63,195 nt of DNA, filler included, from 4 parts of 4 records of this genome joined end to end with filler, not necessarily neighbours in it, one strand, 5' to 3'. Numbered from the whole stretch's first letter, positions 41,252 through 49,627 are shown. Notes: generated by a model from the sequence alone, not told the origin. Made by a program: numbers and translations.

Positions 41252-42364
41252 TCAGCCGATTTCAGCCAGAACCTGAGGCAGCGTTTCTGCCAATATCTCC
41301 ATTTCACGGCTGGGCGCAGCGCTGATGCGGATGCAGCGGTCAAGCGGAGCAACGCCCGGCATCCGAATGAAGACACCGCGTGTGCCGAGACCTTTGACAA
41401 TGGCGCGGGCATAATCGCCGTCACGGCCACAATCTACGGCCACGAAATTGGTCGCCGAGGGGAGTGGCTTCAGGTTATTGGCCTCAGCGATTTTGCCGAT
41501 TTCATCGCGGGATTCGCGGATCTGGGCAATGACTGCTTGCAGATAAGCCTGATCGGCAAGGGCGGTCTCGGCTGCCACCATGCTCAGGCGTGTCATGCCA
41601 AAATGGTTGCGGATCTTGTTGAACCCGGCAATCGTGTCCGGTGTACCGATGGCATAACCGACACGCGCGCCTGCAAGACCATAGGCCTTGGAGAATGTCC
41701 TGAAACGTAGAACATTCGGCATGTTGATCAGCCGGTCAATTGTTGGAAAGGCATCGGCCGGACCGCACTCACAATAGGCTTCATCCAGTATCAAAAGGCA
41801 GGTTTCAGGCAGCGCTTCGGCAAAACGCACAACGTCGTCACTGGGCCACCAGCTGCCCATCGGATTGTCCGGATTGGCGAAGTAGACAACGGTAGCATCG
41901 TGCTTCCGAACGGCATCGAGCAGTCCGTCAAGGCTTTCATGATCGCCGTCATAGGGAACGGTAATTATACGGCCACCAAAACCATTGACGTGGTAAGCGA
42001 ATGTTGGATAGCCGCCCAGCGGCATCACAACGGGCGTGTCCCGCTCTATCGTCAGGCGTGCGGTCATGCCCAGAAGGCCATCAACGCCTTCCCCGACGAT
42101 GATGCTTTCAGGTTTGCAGCCAAGATGGGCCGCAAGATTCTGCCGGAAAGTGAAATGTTCTGAATCGCTATATTTCCAGACATCACCGGCGGCAAGCCGC
42201 GTTGCTTCAATAACCGACGGAGCGGGGCCAAACGCACTTTCATTGGCACCGATACGTGCGCGGATTTCAATCCCTGTCTGACGCTCCAGTGCTTCCGGTC
42301 CAACGAATGGGACCGTTGCTGGCAGTGATTTGACAAGGTCGGTAAAGCGGCTGAAAGCGTTCAT
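41252..42364 (-). CDS. PLP-dependent class I/II aminotransferase (HisC-like)
   Basis: GANES, ANPDNPMG, LDEAY and RTFSKAYGLAGARVGY. Confidence 0.9.
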   Translation of the reverse strand: MNAFSRFTDLVKSLPATVPFVGPEALERQTGIEIRARIGANESAFGPAPSVIEATRLAAGDVWKYSDSEHFTFRQNLAAHLGCKPESIIVGEGVDGLLGMTARLTIERDTPVVMPLGGYPTFAYHVNGFGGRIITVPYDGDHESLDGLLDAVRKHDATVVYFANPDNPMGSWWPSDDVVRFAEALPETCLLILDEAYCECGPADAFPTIDRLINMPNVLRFRTFSKAYGLAGARVGYAIGTPDTIAGFNKIRNHFGMTRLSMVAAETALADQAYLQAVIAQIRESRDEIGKIAEANNLKPLPSATNFVAVDCGRDGDYARAIVKGLGTRGVFIRMPGVAPLDRCIRISAAPSREMEILAETLPQVLAEIG

Positions 42365-42428
42365 GGGTCATTCTGCTATGCGGTTAATCTGGAAGCGCTC
42401 CAACATAGTCATCAAGCGTTCAAATGCA

Positions 42429-42450
42429 AACGGCGCCTCTCGGCGCCGTT
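42429..42450 (-). terminator. Hairpin/terminator downstream of DUF1127 gene 1
   Basis: AACGGCGCC-TCTC-GGCGCCGTT; short T-run on the minus strand. Confidence 0.6.
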
Positions 42451-42479
42451 GACAGTTCTTCGCATGGGAAGCAGGTAAA

Positions 42480-42623
42480 TCAGCGGAATGCGCGTGATGC
42501 AACACGATCGATGTCGCCGGGAATAAGGCCAATATCTTTCAGTTCATAATCGGTCAAACCGCGCAACTGTGCGCGGGTGCGGCGATAGCTCAACCACTGC
42601 CGTGTCAGGCGGATGGGGGACAT
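42480..42623 (-). CDS. DUF1127 small protein (47 aa)
   Basis: MSPIRLTRQWLSYRRTRAQLRGLTDYELKDIGLIPGDIDRVASRAFR with a GAGG RBS. The ORF-track start at 42941 is an over-extension. Confidence 0.9.
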   Translation of the reverse strand: MSPIRLTRQWLSYRRTRAQLRGLTDYELKDIGLIPGDIDRVASRAFR

Positions 42624-42804
42624 GGGTGTTTCCTCGATTTTTAGAAGTTCAGACTTTTCTTTTGTCTGAGCATATATCGGGAAATGTGATGTGGTTGGAG
42701 TGCAAAGTTTAAGCAACTGATATGCAATTATGCAGGAGGATGCATAAAATATGAGCGACGTTCCTCGTATGCCTGTTTTCCCGGCTTTGCTGCGCTTCAG
42801 GCAC

Positions 42805-42837
42805 AAAAAAGCCCGGCGCGTTATGCGCTGGGCTTTT
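42805..42837 (-). terminator. Intrinsic terminator after DUF1127 gene 2
   Basis: AAAAAAGCCCGGCGC-GTTAT-GCGCTGGGCTTTT, potentially bidirectional. Confidence 0.8.
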
Positions 42838-42873
42838 GGTTGCAGGCCTGGCCTGCCGTCATCGAAGGCTGGA

Positions 42874-43017
42874 TCAGAATGCAGCCTTGCGTGCGACGCG
42901 ACGGATATCTTCGCGGTTGATGCCAAGATCGGCCAGTTCACGGCCAGACATGCGGTCGAGTTCGGAAACGGTCTGACGGTATTTCATCCAGTTATTGAAA
43001 GAACGGGTAACGTTCAT
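42874..43017 (-). CDS. DUF1127 small protein (47 aa), absent from the ORF track
   Basis: MNVTRSFNNWMKYRQTVSELDRMSGRELADLGINREDIRRVARKAAF with an AGGAG RBS upstream. Confidence 0.92.
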   Translation of the reverse strand: MNVTRSFNNWMKYRQTVSELDRMSGRELADLGINREDIRRVARKAAF

Positions 43018-43134
43018 TTTGAGATTCTCCTGCTTCTATTTCTGCCGGACGTGCTGTCCGGCGTCTCGTTGACTGTTGATCCTGATATAGGCTTTGTCGG
43101 TTCGTTGAGGCAGTAGGTTTAGAGTAAAGCGGAT

Positions 43135-43149
43135 ATGCGCTCTCTGCAT
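43135..43149 (-). promoter_or_regulatory. LysR-type palindrome ATGC-N7-GCAT upstream of DUF1127 gene 2
   Basis: ATGC-GCTCTCT-GCAT (T-N11-A), centred 53 nt upstream of the first T of the -10 TATATC. Confidence 0.6.
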
Positions 43150-43241
43150 GGCACCGTAAATCTCATGGATTAGGCGCATACCAAAGCACCTGTCCGAAGC
43201 TGACATGCGTGGCGTGTTCCGTGTTTTACTGTGAGTTAGGC

Positions 43242-43364
43242 AAAAAAATAACGCTCACCGGGGGAGGAGGATCCGGTGAGCGTCATTTGCTTTGATTGAC
43301 GACTGGGAGGAGGAGCGTCGTCAATCGATCGAAGTGCGTTGGGAGGAGGAGTACGCATCTTCGA
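43242..43364 (-). ncRNA. Cuckoo / alpha-r14 family sRNA with three CCUCCUCCC hairpins
   Basis: Three stem-loops (43329-43364, 43294-43326, 43251-43283), each with CCTCCTCCC in the loop on the minus strand. The last is followed by a U-tract. The 5' end may extend to about 43411. Confidence 0.9.
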
Positions 43365-43468
43365 ATTTCGTTCCCGGAGGCCGGGCTCAGCAGCGTTTCC
43401 GCCGCTTCGTTGATTTTGTTATACCGGCTGTGAACGAAAAATTGGAGTGCCATCTCGTCATATAAGAC

Positions 43469-43483
43469 ATGCATTTTTTGCAT
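43469..43483 (-). promoter_or_regulatory. LysR-type palindrome ATGC-N7-GCAT upstream of the cuckoo sRNA
   Basis: ATGC-ATTTTTT-GCAT, centred 53 nt upstream of the first T of the -10 TATAAC (43423-43418). Confidence 0.6.
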
Positions 43484-43535
43484 ATCGTGACGCAGCCCTT
43501 TTAAATCGGTGTTTTTCCAGTCCGTGGAAGTCTGT

Positions 43536-46118
43536 TCAGTTGTTGTTGCGCATGAAATTTGTGAAATGACCGGCGCTCATTGGGCGCGAGAAGAAATAAC
43601 CCTGGCCCTCGCGGCATCCCAGATTTTTCAAAATATCGACATGTGCCTGGCTGGTGACGCCTTCACAAATCACTTCAATGTCGAGTGATCGGGCGATGTT
43701 CATGATCGTCTGGATGACCAGTGAACTTTCCGGCTGGGTGGTGATCGGCTCGACAAGCTGGTGCGCGATCTTCAGGCGGTGAGGGCGAACATTCATCAGG
43801 CCTACAAGAGATGCATAACCTGAACCGAAATCATCGAGGTCAATACTGATGCCGTGGTGCTTGATTGTCTGTATTGTGTCCAGCAGGGCCGTTCCTGCCT
43901 GCTCAAAGGAAATTGATTCCAGCAACTCAAAATGAAGCCTGTCTGCTGGCAGCGCGCAGTCTAATATCTGCGACATAAGTTCCGGCATCCTCAGGCGTTC
44001 CGCAGACACATTGACGGACAGGGCCGGGATCTCGATACCCCTGTCTCGGCAAGAGACGAAAAGATCGACCGTTTGATTGAAAATGATCTCGTCGATTTTC
44101 TGTATCACGCCGATATGCTGAGCCGTATCCATAAAGCTGTCTGGCGAAAGAATTCCGCGCACGGGATGGCGCCAGCGGGCAAGGGCCTCTACACCAATGA
44201 CCTTCATCTCATGCATATCGAAAATAGGTTGAAAGAATGCTGTAACCTGGCCTTTTTCAATCGCTTCGAGAAGCTCGTCGCCAAGTCGCTTGCTGGCCAG
44301 TGTCTTTGCCTTGAGATCCTCAGTAAAAGAGACAATCCTGCCACGGCCGTGCTTTTTGGCCTCATAAAGAGCAATATCCGCCTTGATCAGAAGATCGCCG
44401 GGTGTGTCGGAAGTATCTTTGGCGATTGCTATGCCGATGCTTGCGCCGATGCGGCATGGACGAGAATCGATTTCCACGGGCCGTGCAAAGGCGTCGATGA
44501 TACTTGTGGCCAGATGGTCGGCGTCAGTCGTTGGTGGCAGGATCGCGATGAACTCATCGCCGCCGGTACGAGCGAGAAAGTCGTTTGGTCCGAGGTGATG
44601 CGAGAATGTTTCGGCAGCAAATTTCAGTACATCATCACCGAAGAAGTGTCCCATAGTGTCGTTGATGGATTTAAAGCCATCCAGATCAATGATCATGATC
44701 TTCGTACCATCAGGCAGGAAGCCTTCGCTTTTCATGGCATCCAGCCGTTCTTCGAACTGACGCCGATTGGGAAGCCCTGTCAGTGAATCATGATAGGCGA
44801 GTTCTTCCAGCTGATACCAGGCTTCTTCAAGAGCTGCATTTTTTGATTCGGCAATGGCCTTTGCTTCGGATAGCTCATTCTGAAGTTTGACGTCTGCGGT
44901 GATATCCCAGTTGATTCCAACGAACTTCTGACGGCCATTTGCATCGCGAAATGCATTGCCGGCGGAGCGGATGTGCTTTTCAATGCCGTCGGGCGTGATG
45001 ATGCGATATTCGCTGGTGAAGCCATCATCGCTTGCGGTATCCTGCCAACTGAACTGGCGAAAGCGCGGCTGGTCGTCTGGATGCAGACAGGCAAGCCATT
45101 CCTCAAATGTCTGATGTCCGCTCTCACGGTTCTTGCCGTAGATCCGCAGTATCTGCTCATCCCATGTCTGAGTGTTGGACTCCACATCATGCTGCCACAT
45201 GCCAATTTCAGATGTCTTGAGTGCCACATCAAGTTGCCGGGACAAGTTTTCGATCTCGGCTCTTGAGTGTTCAAGATCGTTGCTGTCTCGCAGATGGGCG
45301 CGTGCAAGAATGATGAGGCCGATAAATGGCGCGGTATAGCCGCATAGCAGCATGATAACGATTATTTTAAGTGTCAGGATCCAGTTGTTGGGGCCGCTTT
45401 CAAGCATCTTTGGTGACAGGCTGATTGTCCAGGTCGCGTTGCCTGCATTCAGTTGCCGCTGCACTGGAGCCGCATCGCTATCGGTAATATTGCCAGTAGA
45501 TGCCATTGCAACAGCTTCCGGTCCGGAACCCATCGAAACCGAGAAACGTGCAGCCTGTTCCAGTTCGAGAAAGCCCACCGCCTCCAGAATAGGTTGGAAC
45601 CCGATAACAATATCAAGGATGTCGTTCCCATTGATAAAGCGGTAGACCAGTACTTCTATTCCATTCTCAAGTGTGAAGGGACCAAGGAATGAGGGGCTTG
45701 CGGCAGTAGTACCATTTTGTGGAATATCCACTGATGACGCCGAGAAGCGTTTCGGAAACACCATGGTTTGTCCGTTGTGGCGGACAATAACTGCTTTCAT
45801 CCAGGGTGTGGCCGTCAAAAGTCTATTGACGTCACTTTCAAATTGATCGGGCTGGGTACGTGCGGCCAGCTCCAGACTGACCGCCATCGACGACCCCAGA
45901 TTTTCAATCTGGGTCAAAACAGTTTTAAGGGCCTTTTCGAAACCGGCAAGCTGAACTTCTGCTTGTGCCCGCCGCTCGGCACGCAAGGCATCGCGAACTG
46001 CAAGTCCGCCGAATATGGTGCCTGTTGCAAGTGCGATAAGGAACAACGCCATCATGATCGCGAAGACCTTGGTGACGGTTCTTCTTGTGCGTTGGCGTGT
46101 TTTCAGTGCGCCAGCCAT
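43536..46118 (-). CDS. Membrane PAS-GGDEF-EAL diguanylate cyclase/phosphodiesterase
   Basis: Two TM helices, PAS (LHPDD), DSLTGLPNR, GGDEF, EAL, DDFGSGY and EGV; all motifs intact. Confidence 0.93.
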   Translation of the reverse strand: MAGALKTRQRTRRTVTKVFAIMMALFLIALATGTIFGGLAVRDALRAERRAQAEVQLAGFEKALKTVLTQIENLGSSMAVSLELAARTQPDQFESDVNRLLTATPWMKAVIVRHNGQTMVFPKRFSASSVDIPQNGTTAASPSFLGPFTLENGIEVLVYRFINGNDILDIVIGFQPILEAVGFLELEQAARFSVSMGSGPEAVAMASTGNITDSDAAPVQRQLNAGNATWTISLSPKMLESGPNNWILTLKIIVIMLLCGYTAPFIGLIILARAHLRDSNDLEHSRAEIENLSRQLDVALKTSEIGMWQHDVESNTQTWDEQILRIYGKNRESGHQTFEEWLACLHPDDQPRFRQFSWQDTASDDGFTSEYRIITPDGIEKHIRSAGNAFRDANGRQKFVGINWDITADVKLQNELSEAKAIAESKNAALEEAWYQLEELAYHDSLTGLPNRRQFEERLDAMKSEGFLPDGTKIMIIDLDGFKSINDTMGHFFGDDVLKFAAETFSHHLGPNDFLARTGGDEFIAILPPTTDADHLATSIIDAFARPVEIDSRPCRIGASIGIAIAKDTSDTPGDLLIKADIALYEAKKHGRGRIVSFTEDLKAKTLASKRLGDELLEAIEKGQVTAFFQPIFDMHEMKVIGVEALARWRHPVRGILSPDSFMDTAQHIGVIQKIDEIIFNQTVDLFVSCRDRGIEIPALSVNVSAERLRMPELMSQILDCALPADRLHFELLESISFEQAGTALLDTIQTIKHHGISIDLDDFGSGYASLVGLMNVRPHRLKIAHQLVEPITTQPESSLVIQTIMNIARSLDIEVICEGVTSQAHVDILKNLGCREGQGYFFSRPMSAGHFTNFMRNNN

Positions 46119-46404
46119 TCTCGGTCCCCGGTTCCGATTTTCGATGCCGTGCGGACGAGTTTGCCTGTTGGCTGGTTCCTAGGGCTGTCCGTTCTGGCGC
46201 ATGTTGGTGGTTTGAAGGAAAGGCGCTGTGGTCCGTTGAAAATGCTGGACCCTTTACCCGGACACTCCATTTCTCACCGGTTTTCTCACTTTATAATTTT
46301 TTGTACTGACGGCATAGTCTGCCTTTATGATGCCGTCAAACGCCTTGTTGGCAACGAGGCTGGCGCATCGGCCCGAAAATCGGTTCCGATTTTCGGAAAG
46401 CACG

Positions 46405-46504
46405 NNNNNNNNNNNNNNNNNNNNNNNNNNNNNNNNNNNNNNNNNNNNTTAATTAATTAANNNNNNNNNNNNNNNNNNNNNNNNNNNNNNNNNNNNNNNN
46501 NNNN
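46405..46504. other. Artificial contig linker
   Basis: N-run with a central TTAATTAATTAA. Confidence 0.98.
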
Positions 46505-46561
46505 TAGAGCACATCATTCGTAATGATGGGGTCACGTGTTCGAGTCACGTAAGCGGCACCA
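46505..46561 (+). tRNA. tRNA-Thr(CGT), 5' end lost at the contig break
   Basis: TAGAGCA (D-arm end), anticodon arm CATCA-TTCGTAA-TGATG, T-arm ACGTG-TTCGAGT-CACGT, acceptor 3' strand AAGCGGC-A-CCA. Confidence 0.92.
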
Positions 46562-47206
46562 CCTCTCATCCCCCCTCAACACCCAAACGCTTTCGGTTGA
46601 GGGGCAGCGGCCTTTGAGGCCGCCGGGTACGTCTGCGCTGGTGAGCAGTTTGATCTCATAGCGTTCGCCGTAATGCTGCGCGACCTCGGTGCTGCTGACG
46701 GAAAAGGGCGGGCCGCTCATCTGGCTTTGGTCATATTCATAGCTGATCAGCAGTTGCGGTGCTGCGGCTGTGAGCGCGCTCAGGTGCGCCGTATATCGCG
46801 CGCGGGTTTCCTTGGGCAGCGCCACCAGCGCCGCGCGGTCATAGACCGCATCAACGGGCCCAAGAAGCTCAGCGTTCAGTTTGAAGATATCGCCCACATA
46901 AATGTCGATATGCTTGGCACTATAGTGCGTGAGTGCGCCGCGCTTTGTGATGCTGGGCTGTATGCCAAGTTCAGTAAAAAGCTGGTCGATCGCCGTGCCC
47001 ACAAGTTCCGCCCCTGCAACGTGGTAGCCACTTGCCAGCAGCCATGCGATATCGCGCGTTTTACCACACAGCGGCAAGAAAACACGGCTGCCTTTTGGCA
47101 AGCGCAAGCTGCCAAAATAGCTGGCCAGAAACCGGTTCGGGCTGCCTTCATGAAAAGCGATCTCGCCGGTTTGCCATTTATCCACCCAGAAACTTTCTTC
47201 CATCAT
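46532..47206 (-). CDS. Thiopurine S-methyltransferase (bacterial TPMT)
   Basis: FWVDKWQTGEIAFH, VFLPLCGKTRD, YDRAALVALP and GPPFSV. The start is placed at 47206 or 47203, downstream of the MerR-type promoter. Confidence 0.92.
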   Translation of the reverse strand: MMEESFWVDKWQTGEIAFHEGSPNRFLASYFGSLRLPKGSRVFLPLCGKTRDIAWLLASGYHVAGAELVGTAIDQLFTELGIQPSITKRGALTHYSAKHIDIYVGDIFKLNAELLGPVDAVYDRAALVALPKETRARYTAHLSALTAAAPQLLISYEYDQSQMSGPPFSVSSTEVAQHYGERYEIKLLTSADVPGGLKGRCPSTESVWVLRGDERWCRLRDSNT

Positions 47207-47242
47207 GCCACCAATCAATTGTTCATTTTTGCGAGTGTGATT

Positions 47243-47273
47243 AGGATACAAGTTCAAGTTAACTTGAGGTCAA
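47243..47273 (-). promoter_or_regulatory. MerR-type promoter with a 19-bp spacer and dyad operator, driving TPMT
   Basis: -35 TTGACC (47273-47268), 19-nt spacer holding the palindrome TCAAGTTAACTTGA, -10 TATCCT (47248-47243). Confidence 0.88.
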
Positions 47274-47280
47274 GCACTAA

Positions 47281-47715
47281 ATGAAAGCACAAGAAAATCT
47301 GGATATCGGGCAGGTGGCCAAGCGCTCTGGCCTGCCAGCCTCCACCCTGCGGTATTATGAAGAAAAGGGCCTTATTCGGGCCATTGGGCGCCACGGGCTC
47401 CGGCGGGTGTTCAGCGCGGGCGTGGTAGACCAGCTGGCGCTGATCACGCTTGGGCGCAACGCGGGTTTCTCGCTTGATGAGATTGGGGGCATGTTTGCCG
47501 CTCGCCCGCTTATGGAGATTGACCGCGCGGCCTTGCGCACAAAAGCAGATGAGCTGGAGGTGAAAATCAAACAGTTGAGCGCGGTGCGCGACGGGCTGCG
47601 CCACGCCGCAGACTGCAAAGCCCCGAGCCACCTTGAATGCCCCACCTTCCGGCGGTTCATGCAGCTTGCGACAAAGCGCAATAAAGCGCGCAAGGGGCCG
47701 AGGCGCACGGCCTGA
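47281..47715 (+). CDS. MerR-family transcriptional regulator
   Basis: LDIGQVAKRSGLPASTLRYYEEKGLI HTH and a C-terminal CKAPSHLECP motif. Confidence 0.92.
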   Translation: MKAQENLDIGQVAKRSGLPASTLRYYEEKGLIRAIGRHGLRRVFSAGVVDQLALITLGRNAGFSLDEIGGMFAARPLMEIDRAALRTKADELEVKIKQLSAVRDGLRHAADCKAPSHLECPTFRRFMQLATKRNKARKGPRRTA

Positions 47716-47732
47716 AAGTCAGGCAACAATAA

Positions 47733-47771
47733 ACTACACCCCCGCGAGCGGTGCGCGCGCGAGGGTGTAGT
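47733..47771. terminator. Hairpin between convergent genes
   Basis: ACTACACCC...GGGTGTAGT outer stem with a GC-rich inner stem. Confidence 0.55.
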
Positions 47772-47788
47772 GAGGAGAGGAGAGTGTT

Positions 47789-48223
47789 TTAGCTCGCTTC
47801 CGCGTAGCGCTTGAAGCTGTTGAGGATGGCTTGCCAGCCGTCCCGCTGCACCTCAACCGGGTTCTCACTTTCCGCATCAAACACGGTTTTCACCGTGGTG
47901 GTGCCACCTGCTTCCTCAAATGTGGTGGTAACAACGCGGCCGTCCGGCATGGTGTAGGTCATGCTTTTCTCGGGTGTTACCTCGTCATAGATGGCTTCAA
48001 AATCAAAACCGAAGCTGCCGTCTTTCGCTTCCATGCGGGCGGTATATTTGCCACCAACACGAAGATCGTTTGAGGCACTTGGGCAGCACCAGTCATCTGA
48101 CGCGAAGTTCCATTTGGTGATGTGGGCCGGGTCTGTCCATGCGGCCCAAACCTTCGCTGCCGGGGCGGCGATGTTGGCTTCAATGGTAATGGGTGTCGTG
48201 CTCGGGTTCGGGCTCGGGTTCAT
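47789..48223 (-). CDS. SRPBCC/AHSA1-like domain protein
   Basis: KVWAAWTDPAHITKW, DLRVGG, MEAKDGSFGFDF and GWQAILNSFK. Confidence 0.9.
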   Translation of the reverse strand: MNPSPNPSTTPITIEANIAAPAAKVWAAWTDPAHITKWNFASDDWCCPSASNDLRVGGKYTARMEAKDGSFGFDFEAIYDEVTPEKSMTYTMPDGRVVTTTFEEAGGTTTVKTVFDAESENPVEVQRDGWQAILNSFKRYAEAS

Positions 48224-48234
48224 TGTTCTGTCCC

Positions 48235-48738
48235 TTATTTATTGAGTACTTCGAGAAGCTCATCGAGCCGCTCAAGCGTGGATTTCAGGCCTTCTTCCAT
48301 GCCCATGCCGATCACGGTTTCAAGGTCCTTGAGCGAGCCATATTGCACAAGGGTCTCTACCACGGTGCGCTCGCCTTTATCCTTGAACTGTGCATCCCAT
48401 GTTGCGCGTGGCAGGTCTGGGTTGATGGTGCCGGTTTCGTCAGAGAAACCGTCAAGCCCGGTGTAACCGTTGATCGCGTTGATGGTCTCATAGTCCATGC
48501 GGCACCAGTATTCTGTGCCGGACGGGTCCACCATGGCATAGTGCCAATGCCCGCCTTCACTGAAGTCCATGGACTTGGTTTTGGTGGTGAAGGGTTTGGG
48601 CGCGAACCACCGGTCAAGAAGCTCGCTTTTGGTGTAGCAATCCCACACCATCTGGCGCTTTGCGTCAAATTCACGCGTGACGGTGATGGTGTTTTTTTCC
48701 TTGTCGGCGACAAAGTCAAATTGAAGGTCAGGTCTCAT
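48235..48738 (-). CDS. SRPBCC/AHSA1-like domain protein
   Basis: ITVTREFDA, LLDRWFAPKP, MDFSEGGHWHYAM and GMEEG...LDELL. Confidence 0.9.
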   Translation of the reverse strand: MRPDLQFDFVADKEKNTITVTREFDAKRQMVWDCYTKSELLDRWFAPKPFTTKTKSMDFSEGGHWHYAMVDPSGTEYWCRMDYETINAINGYTGLDGFSDETGTINPDLPRATWDAQFKDKGERTVVETLVQYGSLKDLETVIGMGMEEGLKSTLERLDELLEVLNK

Positions 48739-49054
48739 TTTTTTCCGCTTTCATTTCGGCCAACAGGCCATCAAGTTGGTTGAAACGGTCCTCCCAAAGC
48801 TTTCGAAATTGTTCTAGCCACATGTCTATCTCGCTCATTTTTTCAAGCTTGAGTTTGTAGTAAATCTCCCGCCCCGCCTTTTCCTGTGAGAGCAACCCGC
48901 ATTCATTGAGGATGCGGATATGCTTTGAGGTTGCCTGGCGGGTCATCTCGAAATGATCCGCCAGCGCGTTGGGGGTCATGGCGTTGATGGCTATCAGCAC
49001 CATGATTGCCCGTCTCGTGGGGTCGGCAATCGCCTGGAATATATCTCGTTTCAT
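48728..49054 (-). CDS. ArsR/SmtB-family regulator
   Basis: DIFQAIADPTRRAI, TRQATSKHIRIL and GREIYY. First gene of an ArsR-SRPBCC-SRPBCC operon. Confidence 0.92.
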   Translation of the reverse strand: MKRDIFQAIADPTRRAIMVLIAINAMTPNALADHFEMTRQATSKHIRILNECGLLSQEKAGREIYYKLKLEKMSEIDMWLEQFRKLWEDRFNQLDGLLAEMKAEKNET

Positions 49055-49072
49055 GGGTCAAATTCACTTTAT

Positions 49073-49116
49073 GCAACCAATTGGTTTCTTATGAATACAT
49101 GAAACCGTTTGGTTGC
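49073..49116. promoter_or_regulatory. Double palindromic operator, probably ArsR autoregulatory
   Basis: GCAACCAATTGGTTTC and GAAACCGTTTGGTTGC. Each is AACC-N4-GGTT and they are mutually inverted, 12 nt apart. Confidence 0.7.
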
Positions 49117-49180
49117 GCAATAGGTTTTTTCATCTAATTCGCGGATTGTACGAATTGTTAGGCTGGCTTACAGTCCCGCC

Positions 49181-49603
49181 ATGATCAAAATCACCGAGCA
49201 TATCCAGATTGATGAGGCTGAAATTCAGCTCAGCGCCAAGCGGGCATCCGGCCCCGGCGGGCAGCATGTGAACAAGGTTTCCACGGCTGTGGAGCTTCGC
49301 TTTGATGCCAAAGCCAGCCCGGCGATCAGCTCTGAAATGCTTGTGCGCTTGCGCGGCATCGCGGGCAGCCGCATGACGCAAGCGGGCGTGATTGTGCTGA
49401 CGGCGGAGAATAGCCGCAGCCAGATTGATAACAAACGCGCGGCCACCAAACGGCTGGTTGATCTTTTGAAAGCGGCGACCAAGAAGCCAAAGTTCCGGGT
49501 GGGTACCAAACCCACGAAGGGCTCAAAAGAGCGCCGCCTGACGACCAAAAAAACCATGGGCGAGCGCAAGAAGATGCGCGGCAAGCTCAGAAGTGTTGAC
49601 TGA
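49181..49603 (+). CDS. arfB: Alternative ribosome rescue peptidyl-tRNA hydrolase
   Basis: ASGPGGQHVNK (GGQ), RSQ.N and a basic C-terminal tail. Confidence 0.94.
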   Translation: MIKITEHIQIDEAEIQLSAKRASGPGGQHVNKVSTAVELRFDAKASPAISSEMLVRLRGIAGSRMTQAGVIVLTAENSRSQIDNKRAATKRLVDLLKAATKKPKFRVGTKPTKGSKERRLTTKKTMGERKKMRGKLRSVD

Positions 49604-49627
49604 GGACCGGGGCGGAGACAAAGGGGG

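Noticed and set aside
42480-42941. 153-aa ORF from the track
   Set aside because: Only the last 47 aa are DUF1127 with their own RBS. The extension crosses a terminator and another gene.
43251-43364. Three GGGAGGAGG repeats as a CRISPR array
   Set aside because: The repeats are only 9 nt and sit in hairpin loops with self-complementary flanks, and there are no cas genes. This fits a cuckoo sRNA.
43536-46118. Possible degenerate c-di-GMP enzyme, by analogy with the dead kinases
   Set aside because: The GGDEF, EAL, DDFGSGY and EGV motifs are all intact.
47207-47257. N-terminal extension of TPMT in the ORF track
   Set aside because: The track start lies inside the MerR promoter, upstream of the predicted transcription start.
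48499-48507. GCGGCACCA matching the tRNA-Thr 3' end, as an attR site
   Set aside because: Only 9 bp and inside an intact SRPBCC coding sequence; compatible with chance.
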